This document shows, in pieces, positions 39,578-51,861 of a stretch of 64,000 nt of DNA. The number at the start of each line of letters is the position of its first letter. Within the stretch, counting starts at the first letter, position 1. The position numbers were made by a program, and so were the translations under genes. This stretch comes from Trichoplax adhaerens (taxonomy: Eukaryota > Animalia > Placozoa): contig NW_002060969.1 of the NCBI RefSeq assembly GCF_000150275.1, positions 496,001 to 560,000 on the forward strand, given 5' to 3'. The notes under the pieces are model-generated. The model saw nothing but the letters and a program-made list of their open reading frames with translations. It was not told the DNA's origin and did no database searches.

Positions 39578-42500
39578 ATGTCTGCGATGCAGCATATCGA
39601 TGGCTTAGTGGATTATTTCGTTATTTGTGGCTTAGACGAGCAAATTGGCTTAGAAATTATGGATAATATAGGTATGTAAACTAAATACATTCTCCATATT
39701 TATAACGTACGGAGAATAAATACAGCTTAACAATTAGTATTCATACATTTTTGTGCGTTAATTTATAGGTTAGGTTAACTTATATACTACGTCCGCTATC
39801 ATATTAACTTGATATTACCTAATTTGGGTGCAGTCATTGACTGCTAAGTCGATAGTCTATGCTCCATAGGGCAGCCTGCAGCGTCCAAATACGGAAAGCT
39901 GTTCCTCGACTCTCGATTGGAGTTGTTTGTACGCATACTGTACTGTACCAGGGATCTTTGCTACTGTACTGTACATTGTACACTGCAGGCCGTTCAGATT
40001 TTAACTTGATGGTGAACATCAAGTTAAAAATCTGAACGTTCTATTATAATTATGTACAGGCTCAATGGTCTTTTACCTTTACAACGCGACATTGTTATTA
40101 ATGTCCTCGCTCATTTAAACAGTGTTTGCGATCGAAATCCGATACGATTGGAGTTGGATTGGAAGAGCTGAATTCATTTCAGATGTTGGAGTGAATGAGA
40201 AAGAAGTTGCAAAATACTCGCTCGTTATACTTTGCGTGCTACGCTTGTACTTTTTACTTTACTGTACAATTTTATTTTGATATAGTACGAAATAAATAAC
40301 TTTAGGTTACAGTAGCTTCTTACATTACTTAGTAATTTATACTAATACAGGAATTGTGTAGCTCATAACTTCACAACTGCCAAAGTAGATACTAAATATG
40401 CATTATACAATCAAACCAATGCACCTTCGCTAAAATTTGATGACCACTGTACTAATGTAAATGCTAACTGTAAGTACTGTACGTATGTAGTAGCTTCCTG
40501 TAAGCGTTGATTGGTTATTTGTCAGTTTCTGCATCATATCCGCTTTACATGACCCTCATAAAACAGTCGCATACAATGTACAGTAAGTTACAGTGCCATA
40601 CTGTCAGTTTCATGGTTGTTCATAGTAAGCGTAAGATGTACACTAACTGTACGGGCGCAAAGGTATTATTACAGTAGTTCATTCGATTTATGTCGGTAAT
40701 GAGATACTGAATCAATCAGTATAAGCTTACTTCTCAAAATGAAGGATTGATATAATCATAGTGTGATTCATACATCGTAAGCTGACTGAATCACTAAATG
40801 TTTATTTCGGACTAGCAAGATTTGATGCTGTACTGTACAGTATAGTATTGTAAATAAAATAAAAAGCGAACAGTACTGTACTTACTGTAGTCTATGGTTG
40901 GTACAGTAAGATGCTGTTAATGGTTGGTTGCCTGGAGAATTGGTGCGGGTGTGGGCATCTTCAACACCTCTAATAAATTTACTGAATTAAGAATGCTTCA
41001 GAGCAGCGGTTCTAATTTCGTACAATACGTATATGTTTACGCGTATATCAATAAACATTTCTTGCTAGCTATCGCTGAATCTTATTCTTTGATATTTCTA
41101 TAAATTAGGTGTCGATGATGATTTATCTAAGCCACCCCTGGAAAGATCGTATAAGGCTAACTACATTCAACATTATCCAAAAGCTATTGATGGCAATCCC
41201 TTGGATAAGGAAGCTGTTAGAATGGTAGGATTAAAACGGATTATTTATAGATTTTGTTAGTTACAAACTCCAGTAATAATCGCCAAAGATACAATACGAG
41301 TAGCTATTAATTAGCATCATGAAAAGCTTAATCGTAAATATGTATTATGTATGTACGATTACAAGAAATGTGCATATTGTAGCTTACTAATAATAGTTAT
41401 TCCTTTTGGTTACTGTAGCTCTGCTTACCTTCGGGATTAAGCTTTAAGATTACCGGCGATCGTAGATCTCCACTATATCATTCATTTATTATTACTCATA
41501 ATGACGGCAGTAGAGAATTTGGTTATGCTGTTACGTTTTACGAGAAGGTAACCAATACTGATATACTCATAGCTATGAAGACCTTATACACTATGTATCA
41601 AGCTGATTTAGAGCGTCCTTCCCTACCTAAAAGTGGAAACAGTGTTTCTGACCAGGTTAAAGGACACAAAAGAAGATTATCAGCCCTGCAAATAAATCGT
41701 AGTGATCTCGACTTCCCAAGTAGTAATCATCAAACTTTTGATATAGACGTTGATGGTTTATACGTTTCAAAGTGTATTGCTCTAATAACATCATTTCAAC
41801 ACGTCGAAGCTTATCGTAAGATCATTGAAGAGCTGTTTACTGGTTTGTTTGCTGGTGCTTCTGATACAACGCTGCCAGTAGAGACTTATATTTATCACCT
41901 TCTCTATGAGGTACCAGCGCCGCCTGCCGGTCATTACGTAAAATTACGCCTCTGTACTGGACTGCCTATAACAATTAAGAATCCTCCGATGCATGAATTA
42001 CCAGTCTTTGAATACTCGTTACGAGAACTATTTCGACTGTTAGGCGCTCGAAATGCTATGGACATTTTTAGCTGCATGTTATTTGAACGACAGATTTTAT
42101 TACTTTCTTCAGGTTCGTATTGGCTAATTAATTAATTGATTACAATTTTCAACAAAATATAATATCGTGTTGTGATATGATCTTAGCAGTGTGTAAAAAC
42201 TTTCACTATAATTTCGCTAAATGTATAACTGTATCCTAGTAAATTTTAGATTTTGAATTGGTATCATTCCGTATAACATAGTAATTTTAATTTTAAATAA
42301 ATTATATTCTTACAACGTACCATATACATTATCCTGTTTCAAATAGTACGTATTTCGAAGTGACAGTATGCTAAATAAACAGAGATAAAAACTAGATTTA
42401 CACGTATGTTAAAAAAGTCTAAACCTTAATCCACTTGTAGATTATTATCGTTTGATGTTGGTAGCTGAAGGTCTGTCCTCTTTACTGTTTCCATTTGCAT

Positions 42501-45500
42501 GGCCTCATGCTTATGTTCCGATTCTGCCGTTGCCATTAATTAAGTTTTTAGAGGCTCCATTTCCGTTTCTCATGGGTATTCATTATAGAAATCAAATCGA
42601 TAAATCGAAGTTAAGTCTCCTCTGCGAAGTAAGTGTAAATTAATTACTATGATGGACCTTTATGATTCCTTCATTTGATGAATTATTAAGTGTAACATCA
42701 TCTTACATCTTGATCTTCAGCTGTTTTAATGACTCTTAATATTTTTTTTAGCCATCTGTTTGCTTTGTTGACATTGATAGTGGAACTGTAGATCTGCCGG
42801 AAGATTTATTGCCCATCCCATTTAAGCAAGAAATGATCGACGAAATCGAAAATTTCGTACAAGAAAGTAGCGAAAAGTTCTCAAATAGATCGCTTTTGAA
42901 GTATTCATCTTCTTCAATGTTCTCTATCGCAATACAAGATTGTATTCAGCTAGCAGTTTTAAATAATAGTTCAGCTGATCTTGGTACAAAAGATAGATGC
43001 ATACATGCGAAAGATACTGACAATGTGAAGATGCAAAATCAATCGAATGTAGAATTATTAAGTGGGTCTCAAAAAAGATGTTGTAATTGGTCATCTGCCT
43101 TAGAGAAACTGGAGAATGAGCGAAAAGAAGAGTCTGTCAGGGTTTTATTGGAGGAACAATGTAATGCATCTTTGCGAGGCTTATTTTTGAATTATTTTGT
43201 CAGATTATTAGCTGGCTTTGAAGCTTTCATATTTCAAGAAGAAAGTGATCAAATGAAAGATACGGGATGCTATTTTGATAAATCGGCTTTTTTAAATGTT
43301 CAAAACAAAGATTGGCTGCCTTTCTATTCGTCGTTTTTAGAATCTCAGATGTTTGCTTCTTATATTGAAAGCGAATATGCTTTGATAACATGTAATCGTA
43401 ACCATATGATTTTTATGAATAAGATTAAGATGTTCCATAAACATTCTCTGGAATTGTCCATAGCGTCATTTGTCGATGAACCACTTTCTGGTATATAAGA
43501 AAATGATAAATGCTATTAATGAAACGGGATTTTCTACTTATTTAGATCAACATTGCAACGTTTATTTTATCTTCACAGAGTCGTTCGAAACTGATAGCAC
43601 CGAAATTGAAATATCTGTTTCTATAAACGAATCCTGTAAGAATGCCACTAGTGAAGGTACTATATACAAATAATTTTAAATTCATGATCTGTTCTGTAAA
43701 CTGCATATAATTATCGTTTGGTTTTATATACTAATAGGGCACGTAATGGCCGGACAAGGACTGGAGTGTAAATTGAACGAAGTTGTTCTAAATAGTGGTC
43801 CGTTTAAGGTCTGCACCCGCAAAGTTGAATTACCTGCTGCTTTAGGATCGCAATCGGAAAATCGACAGCAGGATGTTGTAAGGAAACAGTATAGGTTGCT
43901 ATTTTTTAGGTAAAACAAGCTGTAGGTTCACTAATGAATGCACGTTGGAGTAGATATCGCCTTGGTTTTGTCAAACAAAGGGAACTAACAGTCAAATTAT
44001 TGATAAACTATTAAAAGAAATAAAAAAACGGGTATTCGTTAGGATTTCATTATGTATTAAGCCTTTATCTTGAGTTATAATGAGATCTATTTCGATATTA
44101 CCTTGTAGACAAACAGACTTGTTGTCGCAAAGGTTGGAAAAGATGCTGTTAATTTAGGACTTCGATCTATTGAGGTAGAAGAAACTACGCTGATTGCTGG
44201 TCTTATCGAATTATTGGAACGAATCTTCAAACATGAGATTATGGGAAAATTAAAAAAGGTTGTAAACACTGCATTTGATGATTTGATCCGATAATGTTAA
44301 CTATGGCAAATTGGCTTATGGTATGGTACGATTTTTGTTGTCTATTAGAGTCGGTCGTCGGTAATATGGACTTATCTGCAACGCTACAAGGACACGATTC
44401 GAACACCAAGGTCTAGGTCTTCCACTATCGCTGTTGCTTCTTGTGACCGGAAAATGTTCAAAAATGGTAAACACCGTCGAGTCATAAGTCATCACTTTCG
44501 TTATAATCTAAAACTTTGGCTGTCTTGTTTTACTATTACATACCAATCTTTATAATTTATCGTAACTGTAATCTTTCTAAGTTCCCACTTGACATACGTA
44601 AGTATTGATTTTTAAAACCGTCTCGCAGACATATCTAGAATTATGCCGGGACAGTTAGAATCTGGCGGTATTCTTGAAAAATTAGTCAGGCGTTCAACTT
44701 TACTAAATGATCTATGGTAAGGTCAATTATGGTCGGTGAATAGAAGCATTATTTGTATAAAACTTCTAGCAAGGCTAATAGTATTTTGTTTGTATTTTAA
44801 TATAGCATTATTGCCAGGATTGATGAAATAGAAACCGATTCTGGTTTCACTAGAGCGTTCATACGGTAACAGATTTTTATTGTTTTACTTTCATACCCTT
44901 TTTATAATGTAGCTATTATGCGTATATTCATAGGTTATGCTTAGAGAAAAAGTGTTTATCCGATCACTTTCGTGAGCTCTTATATAAATGTGATTTCATT
45001 CGGTATGAATAATAAAAGAATTTCCAGAATTATATTTACATAGATGACGTGTTAAATTTTATTACAGCCAAAATTACAAAGATAATGCCTTCGTAGTAGG
45101 CGAAGAAGAGAGAGAGCAATTTCTATACCATTTATTGTCTCTTAACGCTGTAGACTTTTTCTGCTTTACGGATTATTATTTAACGTTTGGTATGTGGTAA
45201 AGTGTTTGTAAAGATTTTTTCATATTTACAACGATAAAAATAATCGACTTCTCGCTGAAAAACTATTTTTCATGTTGCTGTTCAGATCACATGTATCGTA
45301 TTGTTATAATAAACGGAAAAGAAGCTCATGCAGTGACTAGCGCCAAGTGCTGGCTTAAGATATTCGGTAGTCATAGAATATCCGATATTGTAAATATACC
45401 TCAAGAGCAAGACGTCTTTGAAATCACGGTATATCGTCGAATAATTTTATTAATGCAGCCTTTTCTTATTTTGGTGTGTAATAAGATACAAATGCTAATT

Positions 45501-46919
45501 ATTACATAATAGCATATGAACCTTGGGCGCTTGACTAAGATGCTTATTGGACACGATAACAGTGGTATTTTTTACTAGCTATATGAGCTAATCATCTTAA
45601 GTGAAGAAACTATATGACCTTTATAGAAATACAAAGTAAATTTAGTAATTACGTAATAGGATTTACACCTGCCTGGTATTTAGAAGAAGTTTTCGTGCAA
45701 GACATAACTACTCTTCAAGTATATAGGTTTGTTATACGTATAGTTTTATGTATATAAGGTTCAATTTTTAATAATGTGGATTTTATATTAGTTATGTGAC
45801 ATAACGGATTATTTTCTAGATTTTCCTACAATCAATGGATCATTAAAGGTGAAGATAGTCTGCATAAAGAAGCTGACGGCGAAGTTGTCAGCTGGAAATC
45901 TTTGTCTAATGAAACTCTTAAGATTGCGGCAAGGCACAAGAGCTATGATACTGAAAGTGATCGAAATAATACACGCGTGCTAATACAAGACAACAATGGA
46001 GATGTAGCTACAGTTAGCAAAAACGAAATAGTTAATGTTAATATTAAAAAGTTACAAAGTGCAATCAATCGTGTATTACAGCTCCCAGTTTCGTCGACTC
46101 AGGTATTACTATTATTTACCACATGATATTGTACTTCGAATCTTATAAAATTTTAAAATATTTCTTGTAAGGAATATTCACGAGCTACGGATGTACTATG
46201 TGAAGAAGATGGGCTATGTTCTATAATTGAAATGGTTTGTGAAACAGAGTTTTCATGTGTACTTGAATTGTTTCCCTCAAGCTAGTTATAATTTTTATTT
46301 AGATTCTAATGGATGGTCGTAAGAAATTTCGGCAAACTAGTAAACTTTCCTTTTCACATATCTGGAGTTATTTCGGTATGAATTATAAAAATTAAGATGT
46401 TTTGATTTGTACATGTATTGATACCAACAAATTGCTTTAAATTTAGAGAAAGCCAGCAGGTTCTCTAGGACCTTACCATCTCAAGTAAACAGAGTAGCTT
46501 GCAATCGCTTTATTTACCTAATTAATCTCATTAATCGAGAGAAAATTAGTGTTAATAATGACCTAAAGGTATAGTATTTTATATAGCCTCACGGAAGAAT
46601 TTTATTGCTTGCTAAATAATTTTTCTTTTACTTCCCTGTTTCAGTTCCAAATGTTAATCTGCATAGGAGCGAAGTAAGTTGAGCAATTCGATAAATATGA
46701 ATTTTTCGGCATTCTCTAATACTAAATACTTTTTCTAGAGAGAAGCTTCTTTCAGATTGGTTGTATATGTTACATAGAAATCACATTACAACACCTCTTT
46801 ACGAAAAACAATCTCTTATTAGAAATAATGATGCTATCAAGCAGATGATGCAAGAACTAGATAGACTAAATGATTGCGTTATTGTTTTGGAAAGTTACTT
46901 GGTTCAAGGAATCGATTGA
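39578..46919 (+). CDS. DENND5: DENN domain-containing protein 5 (Rab6-interacting; uDENN-DENN-dDENN, RUN, PLAT, RUN), multi-exon
   Basis: Motifs [112 protein letters not shown] and C-terminal [10 protein letters not shown]. Confidence 0.93.
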
Positions 46920-48023
46920 TGAGGTGTGCTTTCAAGGCAAAACAAGTGAATGCAAGATTGGGATTTTCAATTTCATTAAGTTTCCACTACCTAATGGACG
47001 TGAAGGCGCTTGAATTTATTACGAGCCGGTCAACTCTTAAGCTCTGTACAATAATCTTTCTTGCTAATTCTCCCTTTTGATATTTATCTCTTTTCTAATA
47101 ATTTCATTGATTTGCAATATTGAGCTGTCGTAAGTTTCCGGTATGTTCTAACTACATGCCGAGATTTATTAGCTACATTAATAGTTTTATTGTTACAAAA
47201 TTTTGCGATGCATGTACAGTAAGGTTCATTTGCAGTCCAAAAGTATATCAAAGGGCTTATTCAAGTAACTGCTACCTGTGTATTATATTTGTGTCACTGT
47301 GACAATTGTAAATTAGAAATAAAATCACAAGATACCTATTTTGTAACTTATTACGTTTTAGAAACTGAAATGGTTTTATTCTGCCATTTAAGGTTTATTA
47401 CCGTCTATCTATATTCTTAGCAGCATCCATTAGCACTTCTACACATTATAAATTTTTTGGAAGACCATTCAAGCTTACTATTATATCTAATTCCTTCGCA
47501 TTTATGCTTGAGTTTGTTATAATTGTATATGAACGATTTGTCTAGTTTGTATAACGAAATTCTTATGTTTAAAATTCTTGCATATACTAGCTTGTGATTG
47601 TACTACTTTCTGCTTGATAAATTTCCAAATTTACTCTACTTTTAAACCATTGCTATTACTTCATCTACGAAATAGAATTGTACTAAACTATCAATATTTG
47701 CATGATACTAAATGTTAAGAAATTATTAAATTTTTGTATGTCAAACGATTTGAATATAGAATGAATACGGTACCTGCTATATAAATTTGTTACAATGCTA
47801 CCATGATCTTTTCAAAAGTCATACATTGATCGAATGTAAGAGTGAAAATGTGATCGAACACAACCGATATTCCGTGCATGTTATCAGTAAACCCAATAAA
47901 CAGCAGTTCATGCTGCCCACTTTGATTATTAAATGTACGGTACATATACTGTATAATCATTAATTGTTTGTATCCAACACATACTGTATTGTAAATATCT
48001 CGTGCAGATACGTGCTATCATAT

Positions 48024-48405
48024 ACTACTAGAATAGGACCTGCACTGATCATTCTCTCGGACAGGCGGACTTTCTTACCGTAAGGAAAAATGAGGCTGTA
48101 TTGAATCGAAAAATGGCTACAGTACAGTACTTAGTATGGATCTTTCGTGTCTGTTTTCTATATCACTGGTACTAACTTAAATACCATTTACGATCTTATA
48201 TAACTGTTTCCAAGTAGAATTTAGTAACAGATGATAAGATTCAATGGAATATTACTTAATTTAGAAAAAATCAGTGAATGTAAAATTGACCGTTTGCATA
48301 CTAAAGTACTGCCGCAACGAAATGTTTGAAACAATATTTTGACGAGATGAGGCCGAAAAGGTCTGTCCGTTCAAGAGTAATCAATCCAGGTCTTCTTCTA
48401 GTAGT
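48024..48405. mobile_element. Degraded MITE-like element (~380 bp) with ~50 bp imperfect terminal inverted repeats
   Basis: Left end ACTACTAGAATAGGACCTGCACTGATCATTCTCT versus the reverse complement of the right end, ACTACTAGAAGAAGACCTGGATTGATTACTCTT. Confidence 0.5.
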
Positions 48406-49255
48406 CCTTTGTCCATGGTACGATATACACCAGTGAGATCATGCTAGAAAGTTATGAGAAGCAGCTCATCAGTACCAAGGTCTGCTTATGCTCGTAAATT
48501 CGGTAAGAATGACTATGATTCGTTACTATCCAATTGAATTTGTATACAGTTAAGAGCTCATATAACTATAATGAATGGCATTCGTAACAATAATTTCAAG
48601 TAATTTCATCATACCGGGATAACCGTATTAAAATATTCAATTTAAACTAATATCATTCAGTGCTATACAAGAAGTTCATCCATTTGTCAAAACATTCTGA
48701 AGATCTGTACTTCTGCAGTATTGTGATGTATGTGTATACAGGACTCGATATACAGGCACTTATTATATATTGTACTGTAGTTATTCAATCATGAATGATG
48801 ATATGGGTAACTACCGAACAAAGTGCAGGTGCAATCTAGTATATGAGTACAATAATAAAGTGCAGGATATTTTCTAATTTGTGAAGCAACAAACACGTCA
48901 ATATTTCATACATTACATAAAGTACAGTGCTTTGCTTACGACTCGACCCGTGCAAATATCTGGAACAAAATCGCTTAGCAGTGATTCTGTGAGTAAAGTA
49001 ACTTTGTATAAATGATACGATAGGCATAAAAAGTCAGAAATACAGAAGTTCCCTTTGCCATCGTTGATATAAACTGTAATTTTATCAAGTTGGAACAGTT
49101 GTCCTTTCATGGAGATAAACAAAATTTTAATACCGCATTTCCATTACTATGCATAACAGCACTAATGTTTATTCGAAATTGTATAAAAAACCAATGAAAT
49201 TTCTAATCAGTATATGTGTCGACACTATTGGATAATTAACTGTTGATTGATTGGT

Positions 49256-50257
49256 TTAATAGTCCATCGCGATATCTGATGCTGATAAGGGCATATTGAT
49301 TGATAGAAAAGGTGGATCAAGTCGTATAGTTCGTAAATCAATAGATTCAGAAAGGGTTGAAATGCGATCACGAATACCAGGACTTTTAGATTGTTTATCA
49401 TAGAAAGAGTCTGGAGTAGCACTTTCCATTAATCTTTGTTTAGATTGATTTGAAAGCCTGCTTGGGGCTATCTTGTTACCATCTGCAATATATATTTGGG
49501 AGTCCGATTCGCTAAAAAACTGTTTAAGAGCATGATTACGGCAAAGCGAGTCGCAGTTGATATTTATCTTAGGGTATAACTGGCGATGAACTTCGATGCT
49601 GTTATATCTTCTGGTTATCTCAATACACTTTTCACATAATTCTGAGCCCATAACATCGCAATATAAGCCTCTTTTCTGACCAGAATTATTTAGACACGCA
49701 CTTTCAATTCTATGCAATTTATGATCAAGCTGCCTACGGGAAGAAAGATCCTCATTGTAAAAAGATGGAGTTGTCCAATTCTTTTCAGTTGCTGGCACCA
49801 CTTCGGTCGCATTAGCGTAACAACGTGTAATATTTGATCGATAACGAACCTTCGGTTTTGTATCATTAAGAGTAGGTAGCGCAGGATATAAATTTCTATT
49901 TTTCCACGAACTACGATACTTTTTTCGAGTTCTTTCATGCTCATTTCCATTCCTTAAAATATCTTTCCAAGTAATATGCTTGCTTTGAGATAGAAATACT
50001 GTTCCCTTACGAGCATTTTTACTACTAATATAGGCATCATGGTCTTCACCCCTATGACCTTTTTGAACGTGCGATAATGTAGGCTTCCAGTACATAACAT
50101 CTTTGGTCTGGGTGTCTTTTGTGCTTTCATTAGCCATAGCTGATTTTTTGGGGGAATTTATCCAAATATCATCACGATCACTCCGATCAGTTTTCCTTTT
50201 TATATCAGGCAACTCCGGCAAGCTAAACTTTCGGGACAGGCTATCGTATTTGTTCAT
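49256..50257 (-). CDS. Uncharacterised basic protein, 333 aa, intronless CDS
   Basis: 1 kb ATG-to-stop ORF, far longer than expected by chance in this AT-rich DNA. No recognisable domain. Confidence 0.7.
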   Translation of the reverse strand: MNKYDSLSRKFSLPELPDIKRKTDRSDRDDIWINSPKKSAMANESTKDTQTKDVMYWKPTLSHVQKGHRGEDHDAYISSKNARKGTVFLSQSKHITWKDILRNGNEHERTRKKYRSSWKNRNLYPALPTLNDTKPKVRYRSNITRCYANATEVVPATEKNWTTPSFYNEDLSSRRQLDHKLHRIESACLNNSGQKRGLYCDVMGSELCEKCIEITRRYNSIEVHRQLYPKININCDSLCRNHALKQFFSESDSQIYIADGNKIAPSRLSNQSKQRLMESATPDSFYDKQSKSPGIRDRISTLSESIDLRTIRLDPPFLSINMPLSASDIAMDY

Positions 50258-50670
50258 TTTCGATGAATTAAAGTTAACTATTAAATATTCATATAAGTAT
50301 AGGGTTCACAGGTTCCTTTTCATGAAATGAGAAGATTGTATAAAATAATAGCTATATTTTATTAAATTACCATTTAGTACTATTAGTTGCTATAAAAAAG
50401 TACAGTCTTGAAAAAACGACTTGAGACCTCTTACATAGTGATACGTATGGCAACTACGCCCATGAGATGTTTTCAAAAATCCATTTTCGCAATCATGAAA
50501 AGGATGAAACCATTACCACGAAATGGTACTGTATCTTGCCTATTGCAGCCTCTATAATGCAATAGTCTGTTATTAGCCGTTATTGACGAAATTCGATATA
50601 CGATGTGTGCATTTACGCATAACAAGTCAGGGTTATATAATTAGTGACATCATGATTGTCGTAATTGAAA

Positions 50671-51625
50671 TGTACTGTACTGTACAGTGTACAGTATACG
50701 TATATCTTCTGTACTATATTATTTCACTTTATTTTATGCAAAGTGTACGCTTATGAATGATACAGTAGTATTATATGCGCACATTTGAAGCTTCCGTAGT
50801 CTGCGAATTTTATGTATACTATTATAACAATAATAACTAACATACATATACCCTTTTATGCTTATTCATGCCACATATACTACACAACAATCATCTGTTG
50901 CTGTGGTAACGTAAAGTATATATTTATACTGTATATATACTGTATACATAACTATACTGTACAGTACCTACAATACTATACACAGTACTGTACACTGTAC
51001 AGTATACAGTACAATCTACAGTAATGTACTGTAAAGTAATCCGTAAAAAACGAGCGATTTTTTTTCATAGTACAGTACAGTACTGCACGAATGTAACGTT
51101 TAACGTTTTCCAATAAAGGTTCAGCTAAACGAAAGAGAGATAGGAAATTGGGGAGGGGGTAGAACCAATTTATTAGACATAAGTAACGAAGAGATATTGT
51201 GTTTCTCATATATTTTCAAAGTTAATAGTATAAGGAATATACGTGTATCGGTGTATGAAATATTCAGTAGTAATGAAACAGTAATAATATATACACTTAT
51301 ACAGTATGTACAGTATATAAATTTATACTAGATACAGTACAGTACAGTACACTGCGCGTTGCCATTGCTGTGCTGTACTGTACTGTACAGTACATTGCCC
51401 GTAACAGTACAGTGTAAAGTGATTTGTACTGTACTGTATTGTACTGTACGTACAGTACAGTACAGTACAATTGTTAATTCCTCGTGTTGATGGTGGATTG
51501 TACTGCGTATAGTACAGTACTGTACACTGTACAGATGAGTCAATCTACTGTACTGTACCGTACAGTGCACTGTACGGTACAGTACAGAAAATCCACACCA
51601 CGAGTGTACTGTACAGTGTACTGTA
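50671..51625. repeat. TACTG/CAGTA arrays in the divergent promoter between the 333-aa orphan and RBM28
   Basis: Dense blocks at ~50671-50698, 50926-51084 and 51300-51625. Confidence 0.85.
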
Positions 51626-51861
51626 AAATTAATTTGGAAAATAAGTGAATTACAAAACCGGGTAACCGTTTGATAACGTTATGGCGAAGAGAAGTGTTCG
51701 GAGCACTGCTATACAAAACAAGATGAGGCATATATGTCCGACCGTCCGAACCAAGTGTCCAGTCCAGATGTATCTAGAAGTCCATGCTTTGGTTCATCAG
51801 TTAATTAATTAATTAATGAATCCAAGGTTCGTTCAACATTGTACAGGCATTTTACAGCAGC

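Noticed and set aside
51328-51731. Short ORFs rich in [11 protein letters not shown] (also 14222, 38254, 38744, 50812, 58067, 58458)
   Set aside because: Artefacts of stop-poor TACTG/CAGTA arrays, not proteins.
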